This document shows positions 1-8,653 of a DNA stretch of 64,000 bases, in pieces. Every line of letters begins with the position of its first letter. Positions within the stretch are counted from its first letter, which is position 1. A program made the translations under genes and the position numbers. The notes under the pieces were generated by a model, which searched no databases, was not told the DNA's origin, and saw only the letters and a list, made by a program, of their open reading frames with translations. This stretch comes from Nitrospirota bacterium (GTDB lineage: Bacteria > Nitrospirota > Nitrospiria > 2-01-FULL-66-17), in the NCBI GenBank assembly GCA_049325335.1, contig JBMOMC010000007.1, positions 1 to 64,000 on the forward strand, written 5' to 3'.

Positions 1-161
1 ACCCGACTTCGCTACTGTCCGTTTCATGCGGCTCCTCCTGTGTGTGCGTTGGGGATGTCTTCGCCGACACCCACTTCACCACATCAGGAGCCGCTACTCC
101 AATCTCAACTAAGTTTAGGACGATCTCAATCCATCGGGGACACCGGCTTACCACCAACCGA

Positions 162-1772
162 ATGAAAACAGCCCCACCTGAGAATACGCCTTCCTTGCGA
201 GGCATGAATTACCGACCCATTTCTGATCATATCGGGATCATCGCCGCCATTGGTGGAATCCTCACGGTTACGGTGGTCCTGTTCACGCCGAGCTTTCGCT
301 ACGGATTTGTCTCAGATGATTTCTTGGAAGTCACACTCACTTCATGGAGTCAAGTATGGGCAGCATGGGTACGAGATGGGTTCCGCCGCCCTCTCGATGA
401 GGTGTATTTTCTAACGTTCTATAAATTGTTTGGATTTGATCCACAGCCGTTTCGCCTATTTCTACTAGCACTGTACTCGACCAATACCCTCTTAGTGTAT
501 TTTTTCATACGAGGCCTCCTTCGAGATAAGATCGCCGGGGCGGCGGTAGCCGTACTGTTCGCCGCTAACCTCGTCCAGTTTCGCAATATCTATTGGATCA
601 GCAATTCGATCTTCCTTATGGAGACTTTCTTTTTCTTAGTCGCCCTTTATTGCTATGTTGAATCGCTGGAGCGGGGAAACCGGGCATGGATCGTTGCCGC
701 CTTGGGAATCGCTTTATTCGGCGTACTTATGACCAAAGAACATTTGGTGATGTTCCCCGTGGTAGCGGCCATCACCGGATGTTACCACCGGCTTGCGTTA
801 ACAGGGAGTCTTACCAGAGACGATATTGTCTCAATCGCTCGCTCGGCCAAACTATTCTTGCTGGTCCCGCTTATTTTCTTCCTCTCACGCGCAGCCGCAA
901 CAGCAATCACAGAGACTGGGCTCGGCTGTCCATACGACCTCCAGAGCTGCCTCAATGCCAATGAAGCCGATCCATTTCGCGTAAGCCTGTTCGGACCCCA
1001 CCTACTCATCAACTTTATGCAACAGGCGTACTGGAACCTCGGGAATATCGGAGCATATGTAGTGGACAGCTTATGGAACGAGTCGTCAGGAATTCTCGAA
1101 TGGCGAAACATAAGTTGGCCGCAGTATCTTATAACATGCGGTTATGGACTGGCCATCGTGGGATGGCACAGGATGTTCAACCAGAATGGGGCATGGTGGT
1201 ATCTAGTTCTCGGGCTCCTGTGGTTTTTCACCATCTTAGCTCCAGTGTTGGTTCTCCCAAATCATAGTTATCCCTATTTCTCGTCGTTCGCAAGCATTGG
1301 GTTATGGATCGCGCTAATTATTCCGTTCCGAGGTCTTCAGGGCCTCTGGGGCCGCTCCGCTGCACGAGTGGGAATACTCGCCCTAGTACTGCTGTTTACC
1401 GCCAATTCTATCTACTGGGTATCCAAGAACCTTCCAACGCATTTGATCACCTCGACGAGTCGATTCCTCTCGGGGCTTGAAGGCCATCTTAAGCTCCTCC
1501 ACCCCACTCTCCCTCATGGAGCCACGCTCGTCTTTCTCAATATCGGCAACTGGCACCTTGGTTACAACAAAGCACCCATCGTCATGTACAGGGACCCTTC
1601 AATCCAAATATTCAGCAAAGAGGATCTACAGGTGAGGGATGGACGCCTTTCTCTCCCAGAAAACCGCCCGTTTAGTCGGACGAGCACATTTGTCTTTTTA
1701 TTAACTCCCAATGGACTTCGTGAGGTGACAAGAGAATTCTTTAGTCCTGACCAAAAGATTCAGTTCAAATAG
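162..1772 (+). CDS. Polytopic membrane protein, GT-C (ArnT/PMT-like) glycosyltransferase-like
   Basis: Long ORF with many hydrophobic segments. First TM is followed by a luminal SDD motif and an RP motif (FRRPL), typical of GT-C fold proteins. Start uncertain (ATG 162 or 204). Confidence 0.6.
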   Translation: MKTAPPENTPSLRGMNYRPISDHIGIIAAIGGILTVTVVLFTPSFRYGFVSDDFLEVTLTSWSQVWAAWVRDGFRRPLDEVYFLTFYKLFGFDPQPFRLFLLALYSTNTLLVYFFIRGLLRDKIAGAAVAVLFAANLVQFRNIYWISNSIFLMETFFFLVALYCYVESLERGNRAWIVAALGIALFGVLMTKEHLVMFPVVAAITGCYHRLALTGSLTRDDIVSIARSAKLFLLVPLIFFLSRAAATAITETGLGCPYDLQSCLNANEADPFRVSLFGPHLLINFMQQAYWNLGNIGAYVVDSLWNESSGILEWRNISWPQYLITCGYGLAIVGWHRMFNQNGAWWYLVLGLLWFFTILAPVLVLPNHSYPYFSSFASIGLWIALIIPFRGLQGLWGRSAARVGILALVLLFTANSIYWVSKNLPTHLITSTSRFLSGLEGHLKLLHPTLPHGATLVFLNIGNWHLGYNKAPIVMYRDPSIQIFSKEDLQVRDGRLSLPENRPFSRTSTFVFLLTPNGLREVTREFFSPDQKIQFK

Positions 1773-1946
1773 CGGAGCACGACATGAAATAGAGCGACCG
1801 CCTGAATCAAGAATGCTATTCCGGCACCCTGGGCAACGAACCGTACGTGTACACGTATGGTTGACCGCCTTTACGGAGCTTGACCTTCCATGATAATATC
1901 CTTCAGTTTTGATTATTCACCAGACCGACTCCGTTCACGAGGCATC

Positions 1947-2300
1947 ATGGAATCCGAAGAATCCACGTCCCGTATCTTTACCCTCGACGAAGCCGTTGAA
2001 CTCTTCCCTCAGATCATGGGGTTGACTGAGCGCGCGGTCACGGACACCGCGATCGTGGAAGCCCAGATGCTCGCGCTCAGACCTGAATCCCATCGTCGTC
2101 AGGAATTCGAGGCGGAGTACGCGCGGATCGTGCGCGACTGGGCCGGCAAGGTCATGGCGCTGGGCTGCGAAGTCAAAGGGCTGTGGCTCGTGGACTTCGA
2201 CAACGGCGAGGGGTATTACTGTTGGAAGTATCCGGAACCGGAGATCGGACACGTTCACGATTATATGTCGGGCTTCTCCGGCCGCACCAAAATCCGCTGA
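1947..2300 (+). CDS. DUF2203 family protein
   Basis: FTLDEA..LFP at the N-terminus; LVDFD..G.YYCWKYPE.EI..VH....GFSGR at the C-terminus. ATG 1947 follows GAGG. Confidence 0.8.
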   Translation: MESEESTSRIFTLDEAVELFPQIMGLTERAVTDTAIVEAQMLALRPESHRRQEFEAEYARIVRDWAGKVMALGCEVKGLWLVDFDNGEGYYCWKYPEPEIGHVHDYMSGFSGRTKIR

Positions 2301-2365
2301 CGGGCTGCTGAAAAACCCTCACCCGAGTACCACGTCTCGCCAATCAGTGATTGCCGGGCGCCTGG

Positions 2366-3661
2366 TCAGCTTGCTTGCCCACCATTGTCATTCTTCGCTT
2401 GAGACGCGGCGCACGATGTCGACGTCGTTGTTTGCGCCACTTGCGGTACGGACTCGCCGCTGCGGAGCGGGATCGTCTGTGCGTACAGCGGGATGACGTA
2501 GGCCTTATCGACCTGCATGCCGTACTTGGTTTTGAGGCGTTGGTATTGCCGATCCGTCATGAAATTGTACGACACGCGGGCGGTTAGGGTGTAGCCGTCG
2601 TCGACGGCGGGCACGTCGTACGAAAGAGTCAGATCGCGCGAGGCCAACGGCGCGATGCGCGTGTCGCGGTATTCGTAGATCACCGGCCACCAAATAAGCC
2701 AGCGGCGGACCGTGTCGCTTCGCGAGGCCACCACCCGCCCCGCCTTATCGCGCACTTCCAACTCCGCCAAGAGATACCGATCCGGATCGCCGGTGGGCAA
2801 CATGTGACCCGCCCCGCTGTTGGTCATGGTCAGGGTCCACGTGGTGCGACGCCCAGCGGTCAACGTGGGCTCGTCCGCGGTGAGCGCCGTGGTCAGCGCC
2901 ATGTTGAGTTGCTCGGGACTGTGCCCGCCGCGCCACAAATGCCGCCGTCCCTTGCGCACCGGCCCACCGTCCGCCATGGCCCGCTCCACCTCCGGCATGT
3001 GGCAGTTCTGGCAGATGTAGCCCTTGGCCTTGTACGGCCCGGCCTCGTACTCCATGAACGTGGCGCACGGGCCGCCGTTGTAAAACTGAAGCGTATCCGA
3101 GGGCACCGAATGACACGTGTAACAGATCTCCGTGGTGCGAAAACGCTCGGCATACCGCGTGGGGTGCGGAGCCACGGAATCGTCGAACGGCCCCTCGATC
3201 ACGCCGTCGCGCACATGGCATGCCGCGCAGGTAATCCCCTCGTGCTGCAACGCTGCGTCGAACTCCGGATTGGGACGTTTCTCGGCGCGGTCCACCCGCA
3301 CCCCGGGACTCCACGCCACGACCTCGGCCTGCTGATTCTGCAGCGGGGTATGGCAGTTCAAACAGACCCAGATATGCTTGTCCTTGCGCCAGTACGCCTG
3401 AAAGAACGGATCCACGAACGCCTGTGAATGAATGGATGTCTTCCACTCCTCGTAGATCTCGCGATGGCACACCCCGCAAGCCTCGGCCGACAGCCCCCCC
3501 ACCCCAGCCGGAACCGCCTGCGTGGGAATGGCCCGCGCAATGTCCTCGCGCAACCCAAAGATCACCGGAGACTTGAGAAGCGTGAGGACGAGAAGAATCC
3601 CTCCAACAACCCCGGCCGCGATCAGCGCAATCCGCGTTGTTCGAGTTGTTAACCGCCGCAT
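2366..3661 (-). CDS. Exported/membrane-anchored pentaheme cytochrome c (c554-like N-terminal domain)
   Basis: Five CxxCH motifs (CGVCH, CLNCH, CAACH, CYTCH, CQNCH); CxxCHxxIYxEWxxSxH pattern; N-terminal hydrophobic helix; GHxLPTGD C-terminal domain. Confidence 0.85.
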   Translation of the reverse strand: MRRLTTRTTRIALIAAGVVGGILLVLTLLKSPVIFGLREDIARAIPTQAVPAGVGGLSAEACGVCHREIYEEWKTSIHSQAFVDPFFQAYWRKDKHIWVCLNCHTPLQNQQAEVVAWSPGVRVDRAEKRPNPEFDAALQHEGITCAACHVRDGVIEGPFDDSVAPHPTRYAERFRTTEICYTCHSVPSDTLQFYNGGPCATFMEYEAGPYKAKGYICQNCHMPEVERAMADGGPVRKGRRHLWRGGHSPEQLNMALTTALTADEPTLTAGRRTTWTLTMTNSGAGHMLPTGDPDRYLLAELEVRDKAGRVVASRSDTVRRWLIWWPVIYEYRDTRIAPLASRDLTLSYDVPAVDDGYTLTARVSYNFMTDRQYQRLKTKYGMQVDKAYVIPLYAQTIPLRSGESVPQVAQTTTSTSCAASQAKNDNGGQAS

Positions 3662-3673
3662 GACGCGTGGTTA

Positions 3674-3706
3674 ATCTTAGCAATCCGTCCGACGATCGTC
3701 GGACGG
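3674..3706 (-). promoter_or_regulatory. Extended -10 (TGcTAAGAT) with adjacent perfect 22-bp palindrome
   Basis: Minus strand TGCTAAGAT at 3682-3674, 12 nt before ATG 3661; CCGTCCGACGATCGTCGGACGG at 3685-3706. Confidence 0.45.
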
Positions 3707-3832
3707 GAGCCTGTTCAGGAGTGGCCAGATGCAAGGCGGAAGGAGGTCTTGCGCGCGGAGCGTACTAGTTCGTACGTGAGCACGCAAGACCGACTGACAA
3801 CGCGGCAGATGGCCGCTCATGGACAGGCTCCC
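3705..3832. repeat. 128-bp MITE/ERIC-like inverted-repeat element
   Basis: Ends GGGAGCCTGTTCAGGAGTGGCC and GGCCGCTCATGGACAGGCTCCC are reverse-complementary at 19/22 positions; central CGTAC-N5-CGTACG; partial second copy at 17385-17420. Confidence 0.7.
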
Positions 3833-4678
3833 CTACAACGCTTCGATGGCCGAGACCACCTCATCCACAACCCACTGCGGCGTGGACGAACCGGCCGTGA
3901 CGCCGGCCTTGACGGCGCCCGCGAACCACGCGGGGTTCAATTCCGCCGCGGTCTCGACGTGGTACGAACGCGCGTGGGTCTCGCATAATTCCATTAGGCG
4001 GCGCGTGTTCCCGCTGTTCTTGCCGCCGATCACGATCATCACGTCCACCCGTCGCGCCAACTCATCCGCCGCGTACTGGTTGCTCTTGGTCGCGCCGCAA
4101 ATCGTATTCTTGAGCTTCCACGGCAAGCCGCGCTCCTTGATGTGGCGCTCCAGGAGTTTGTACTTGGCGTATTCGTGCGTGGTCTGGAACACCACGGCCG
4201 CGCGAGCCGGGTTGGCCCGGATGATCTCCTCGACGTGTTCGACCACACGGATGTCCGCATCGGGATACGCCCGTTGCGCGTGGCCCAGGATGCCGATCAC
4301 TTCGGGATGTTTGGGCTCCCCCACCACGTACAACGGGTACCCGCGCCGGCAAAAGTCGATCGCCGCGTTCTGCACATCGGTCACGAAACGGCACGTGGCG
4401 TCGATCACGGTCAGTTGCTGCGCGGCGGCGCGCTCAAAATACTCGGGGGGCACCCCGTGCGCGCGGATCACCACGTTGACGTCGCGCAACCCGTCCAACG
4501 AGTCCACACGATCGATCCCGTAATCTCGGTTGAGCCGCTCGATTTCCTGCGGATTATGGATCAAGGGGCCCAGGGTGACGGTCGGTCGGTCGGACTCCGA
4601 CGCGGTCTCGGTGGCGAGATTAATCGCCTCCTTCACCCCGTAACAAAACCCGGAATGCTGGGCCACTTCCACGTCCAT
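3833..4678 (-). CDS. ispH: 4-hydroxy-3-methylbut-2-enyl diphosphate reductase
   Basis: GFCYGV, LIHNP, IRAHG, DATC, FQTT, NTICGAT, SGNT and TAGSSTP motifs. Confidence 0.97.
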   Translation of the reverse strand: MDVEVAQHSGFCYGVKEAINLATETASESDRPTVTLGPLIHNPQEIERLNRDYGIDRVDSLDGLRDVNVVIRAHGVPPEYFERAAAQQLTVIDATCRFVTDVQNAAIDFCRRGYPLYVVGEPKHPEVIGILGHAQRAYPDADIRVVEHVEEIIRANPARAAVVFQTTHEYAKYKLLERHIKERGLPWKLKNTICGATKSNQYAADELARRVDVMIVIGGKNSGNTRRLMELCETHARSYHVETAAELNPAWFAGAVKAGVTAGSSTPQWVVDEVVSAIEAL

Positions 4679-5096
4679 ACGCGCGTCTCGTCGGTTAAAA
4701 CCCGGGCCCAGTATATCGACGCGACGGAGGGTTTGCAAGGCGCCGACTGGCGTACCGATGGCGCGAAAGCCTCTCCCCGAGGGAGTCGGTCAATACGGCA
4801 AAATGCTCGCGCCTCTTGCCGTATCGCCGGCTCCCCGGGGATAGGGGCGGCCGATCACGTTCATTCGGCCCGGGGCAGATACATAATGCAACCCACATAC
4901 CATACTGTCGGGTCACTTATGAAGACGCCCTCCGACAAAGGCCGCGATTTTCCGACGGATTTTTGCCTGGTCTGATGACCCCATTCACCATGCGAGGAAC
5001 GCCGAGCCTGCATGGGGGAATGTCGGCACTTTTTTTCCCTTTTCCCCGCGGATGAGGGCACCAATGGCCATGACACGGCGCGCGCCAGAACACGTG

Positions 5097-5834
5097 CTAG
5101 AACCACCAACGGATTCCGGCAACCAACGTCGTGGCGACCACGTCATTCCCACGCCGTCGCGCACGGTCGGCGGTCTGACCAATCTTTTGTTCCATCGAGA
5201 CGCCGATATAGGGCGCGAGTTCCCGGACAATCTCATACCGAATCCGCAATCCCAGTTCGACCGAACCGATCCCGGATTCAATCTCGAGTTCCGGAACCGA
5301 CTGGAAAGCCGCGTCCAATTCAATGGACGGGCTGACGATCAACCGCTGCGTGAACCACAGGTCGGACTCGGCCTCGACCCGCCCGGACAAGTCGCCGTGA
5401 TGGCTCACGAACGCGGCGGCGTCCACCTCGATAAAATACGGCGCGAGTCCGTGGAGCCCGACAACCGCGAACCCGCGCGACGGATCGGGCTTTGCGTCGT
5501 AGCGCACCCCGAGCTGGACATCCCAGTACGCGGCGACCAGCCGACTGTAGAGAACCTGCAGTTCAGCGCGCGCCAGGTCGCCGTCGAGGACATCGTCGCC
5601 CTGCGTCTTCACCCACAGTTTTCGGAAGTCTCCGCCGATCCAGCCCCGGATATCCCAACTGAACGTGTCCTCTCCGCCCAGTCGGTATTCAAGTTGATCG
5701 GCCTGGAGATAGGTGAATAGGTGGGCTTCGCCCTCTTCCACGGCGTGCGCGCGACCAACCAGTACGGCAGTGGCGAACAGCACCCCCGCGGCGAGCCGTG
5801 CGCCGCGGGCCAACATCGTATACGCACCCGCCAT
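5097..5834 (-). CDS. copB: Copper resistance outer-membrane protein B
   Basis: DQLEYR, WD..GWIGGD..KLW.K, GLAPYFIE, LGLRIRYEI.RELAPYIG, C-terminal GIRWWF; ATG overlaps the copA stop (TGATG). Confidence 0.92.
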   Translation of the reverse strand: MAGAYTMLARGARLAAGVLFATAVLVGRAHAVEEGEAHLFTYLQADQLEYRLGGEDTFSWDIRGWIGGDFRKLWVKTQGDDVLDGDLARAELQVLYSRLVAAYWDVQLGVRYDAKPDPSRGFAVVGLHGLAPYFIEVDAAAFVSHHGDLSGRVEAESDLWFTQRLIVSPSIELDAAFQSVPELEIESGIGSVELGLRIRYEIVRELAPYIGVSMEQKIGQTADRARRRGNDVVATTLVAGIRWWF

Positions 5835-7621
5835 CAGTGCGCCATCGCTGGGTGCGCCATTCCTGCGCCGTCGGATACCACCGCGTGCGCCATCATGCCA
5901 GCGGCCATATGGTACGCAAGGTGGCAATGGATCGGCCACGTGCCCAACGCGTCCGCGGTCATGACAAACGACAGTCGTTCCCCGGGCTTCACGTTGATCG
6001 TGAACTTTCGGGGATTGTAGTCGCCGTTGCCATTGTCGAGCTCCATCCACATCCCGTGCAGGTGGAGCGGATGATCCATCATGGTATCGTTGACGAAAAT
6101 CACGCGCAGGCGCTCACCATATCGCATGCGGATCGGCTGGGCCTCCGCGTACCGCTTCCCGTTGAATCCCCAAATGTACCGCTCCATGTTGCCGGTCAAG
6201 TGCAGTTCGATCTCCCGCTCCGGCGGCCGACGATCATCGCGCGGGGCGGCGGCCCGCAAGTCGGCGTACGTGAGCACGCGCGTTCCCGTGCGCTCGAGCC
6301 CGCCACCGGGTTCATGGAGGCGGCTCCGCGGCATCATCGCGACCATGGCGTTGCCCGAGCCGTGCGTGTCGGAGTTATGCATCACCATCGGCGCTTCGTT
6401 GGAGGCCATGCCGGACATGCCGCCTCCCAACCCCTGGTCCATGGTGTCGTGATTCATGCCCGGCATGGCGCCCATATCCCCGTCCCCGCCGTGATCCATC
6501 CCCGGCATGGCCGCCTCCTGCTCCCTCGCCGGGGCCTCCGGCCGCATCTCGTGCGCGCCATCCGCCATCCCCATGTCGGCCATGGTGCGGACCGGCCGCG
6601 GGCGCATGGCCGGAACCGGCGACGACATCCCGAGACGCGGCGCCAGGGTTCCTCGCGCATACCCGCTGCGGTCCATGGCTTCCGCGAACACCGTGTACGC
6701 GCGATCCTCGCGCGGCGCGACAATCACGTCGTACGTCTCGGACACGGCGATGCGGAGTTCATCAACCTCCACCGGCTCGATATTCTGACCGTCCGCTTGC
6801 ACGACCTCCAAGGTCAGACCGGGGATACGCAGATCAAAATAGGTCATGGACGAGGCGTTGATGAACCGCAAGCGCACCCGCTCCCCCGGCGTGAACAACG
6901 CGGTCCAGTTGGCCTGGGGAGGCCGGCCATTGACGAGGAACGTGTACGTCGCGCCGGTGACGTCCGCGATGTCCGTGGGATCCATCCGCATCCGCCCCCA
7001 CGCGAGACGATCAGACCATGCGGCGCGCCATCCGATCCGCCCGGCCTCGCGGAATAGGTCGCCGACCGTCGGCTTGTTGACATTGTAGTAGCCGCTCCGC
7101 TTTTTGAGCTTGGCCAGAACTCGCAACGGGTCCTCATCGGTCCAGTCCGAGAGCATCACGACGTATTCGCGATCGTAGTGAAACGGCTCGGGCGCGGCCG
7201 GGTCGATGATCAGCGGGCTGTACACGCCGGCCTGCTCCTGCAGCCCGGAGTGGCTGTGATACCAGTAGGTCCCGTTCTGTTTGACCGTAAAGTGATAGGT
7301 AAATGTCGCGCCGGGATGGATGTGTTCGAAACTGATGCCGGGCACGCCGTCCATGGTGTTCGGCACGATCAGGCCGTGCCAGTGAATGGAGGTGGACTCC
7401 TTGAGGCGGTTGGTCACGCGGAGGGTCACGTCCTCGCCTTCGCGCCACCGGAGCGCGGGGCCCGGCACTGCGCCGTTGATCGTCATCGCGGTTCGGTCCC
7501 GGCCCGTGATGTTGACCGTGTGTTCGTCGATCACCAGGTGATACTCCCCGGCCGACGCCGCGACAACCGTGGCCGCCAAGAACCCGGCCGCCGCAATCAC
7601 CACACGTTTGATCACCATCAC
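5834..7621 (-). CDS. copA: Copper-resistance multicopper oxidase (CopA/PcoA family)
   Basis: HWHG, WYHSH, HPLHLHG and HCHLAYHMAAGM copper motifs; Met-rich insert; strong purine-rich RBS; adjacent copB. Confidence 0.95.
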   Translation of the reverse strand: MMVIKRVVIAAAGFLAATVVAASAGEYHLVIDEHTVNITGRDRTAMTINGAVPGPALRWREGEDVTLRVTNRLKESTSIHWHGLIVPNTMDGVPGISFEHIHPGATFTYHFTVKQNGTYWYHSHSGLQEQAGVYSPLIIDPAAPEPFHYDREYVVMLSDWTDEDPLRVLAKLKKRSGYYNVNKPTVGDLFREAGRIGWRAAWSDRLAWGRMRMDPTDIADVTGATYTFLVNGRPPQANWTALFTPGERVRLRFINASSMTYFDLRIPGLTLEVVQADGQNIEPVEVDELRIAVSETYDVIVAPREDRAYTVFAEAMDRSGYARGTLAPRLGMSSPVPAMRPRPVRTMADMGMADGAHEMRPEAPAREQEAAMPGMDHGGDGDMGAMPGMNHDTMDQGLGGGMSGMASNEAPMVMHNSDTHGSGNAMVAMMPRSRLHEPGGGLERTGTRVLTYADLRAAAPRDDRRPPEREIELHLTGNMERYIWGFNGKRYAEAQPIRMRYGERLRVIFVNDTMMDHPLHLHGMWMELDNGNGDYNPRKFTINVKPGERLSFVMTADALGTWPIHCHLAYHMAAGMMAHAVVSDGAGMAHPAMAH

Positions 7622-7772
7622 CCGTTCCTCCCCTCCTCGGTGTAGGGCACCACGTCCCCCCGAATGGTCGTACGCCGGACCGTCACGGCCCCATCAGGTC
7701 CGGTACGGTTGCGTCACGGTATCAGGATCAGTCCGGAGGATCAATCGGAATCGCAACAGGGGATTCAGCAGC

Positions 7773-8429
7773 TCAGCGCCCACGGCGTTCGGCGAGGCCG
7801 TCGAACCGCGGGACGAATGCCGGCGTGCGCGCGGCATAACGAGCGTAGACCTCGCCGAACTCGGCGAGGACCTCACGCTCCTCTCGCCGCGCCAACCGGA
7901 CATACATGACGACCAGCACCGGGAACATCGCCAACGTCAGGATCGTGGGCCATTGCAACAAGAATCCGAACATGATCATGACAAACCCCGCGTACTGGGG
8001 ATGGCGGATGCGGGCATATGGCCCTGCGGTCGCGAGCGTGCGGGTTTGTTGCGCCGCATACAGCACTTTCCAGGCGTTCGAGAGTAGGACGAACCCGCCG
8101 CCGATGAACGCGAAGCTCAATAGATGGAACGGGCCGAAGTGCGGGTTGGCGCGCCAACCGAACAACTCTTCGAGCAGATGGCCGGCGTCGTGTGAAAACC
8201 AGTCAACGCCGGGATAACGGCTCTGCAACCACCCTGAGAGCAGGTAGATCGTGAGAGGAAAACCGTACATCTCGGTGAAGAGCGCCACCAAGAACGCGGA
8301 AAACGCACCGAACGATCTCCAGTCACGCGATGTCCGCGGCTTGGCAAAGCTGAAAGCGAACATGATGAAAATCAGTGAATTGATGATCACGAGCGACCAC
8401 AAGCCGTAAGCGGGAGGTGATGGGCTCAT
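7773..8429 (-). CDS. Isoprenylcysteine carboxyl methyltransferase (ICMT/PEMT) family membrane protein
   Basis: L.T.GPYARIRHPQY.G and EE..L..FG..Y..Y....PAFVP motifs; follows DUF2933 with an ATGA overlap. Confidence 0.9.
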   Translation of the reverse strand: MSPSPPAYGLWSLVIINSLIFIMFAFSFAKPRTSRDWRSFGAFSAFLVALFTEMYGFPLTIYLLSGWLQSRYPGVDWFSHDAGHLLEELFGWRANPHFGPFHLLSFAFIGGGFVLLSNAWKVLYAAQQTRTLATAGPYARIRHPQYAGFVMIMFGFLLQWPTILTLAMFPVLVVMYVRLARREEREVLAEFGEVYARYAARTPAFVPRFDGLAERRGR

Positions 8430-8641
8430 GATCGTTCTCCGTTCTCAGCGTCGTGACCGTGCCCGCCATGCCCGAACAGATGCAACAACGGACACAGGAG
8501 CAACAGCACGTACGGCAGGAGGCCGAGGGCGTGTGCCCGGTGCTCCGACAGGAGAAAGAACGCGGCAATGGCGAGAAAACCGAGCAGCGCCAGACCTGAA
8601 CGCCACCCCTTGCGTGTCGTGGATGCCTGGTCCTGCTTCAT
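8426..8641 (-). CDS. DUF2933 small membrane protein
   Basis: EHRAHALGLLPY.LLLLCPLLHLFGHGGHGH signature; GGAGG RBS. Confidence 0.9.
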   Translation of the reverse strand: MKQDQASTTRKGWRSGLALLGFLAIAAFFLLSEHRAHALGLLPYVLLLLCPLLHLFGHGGHGHDAENGERS

Positions 8642-8653
8642 ACGCGACCTCCG

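Noticed and set aside
4679..5096. Small ORFs or a CsoR-type operator between ispH and copB
   Set aside because: The ORFs lack RBS and motifs, and the C/G tracts lack the TAC...GTA flanks.
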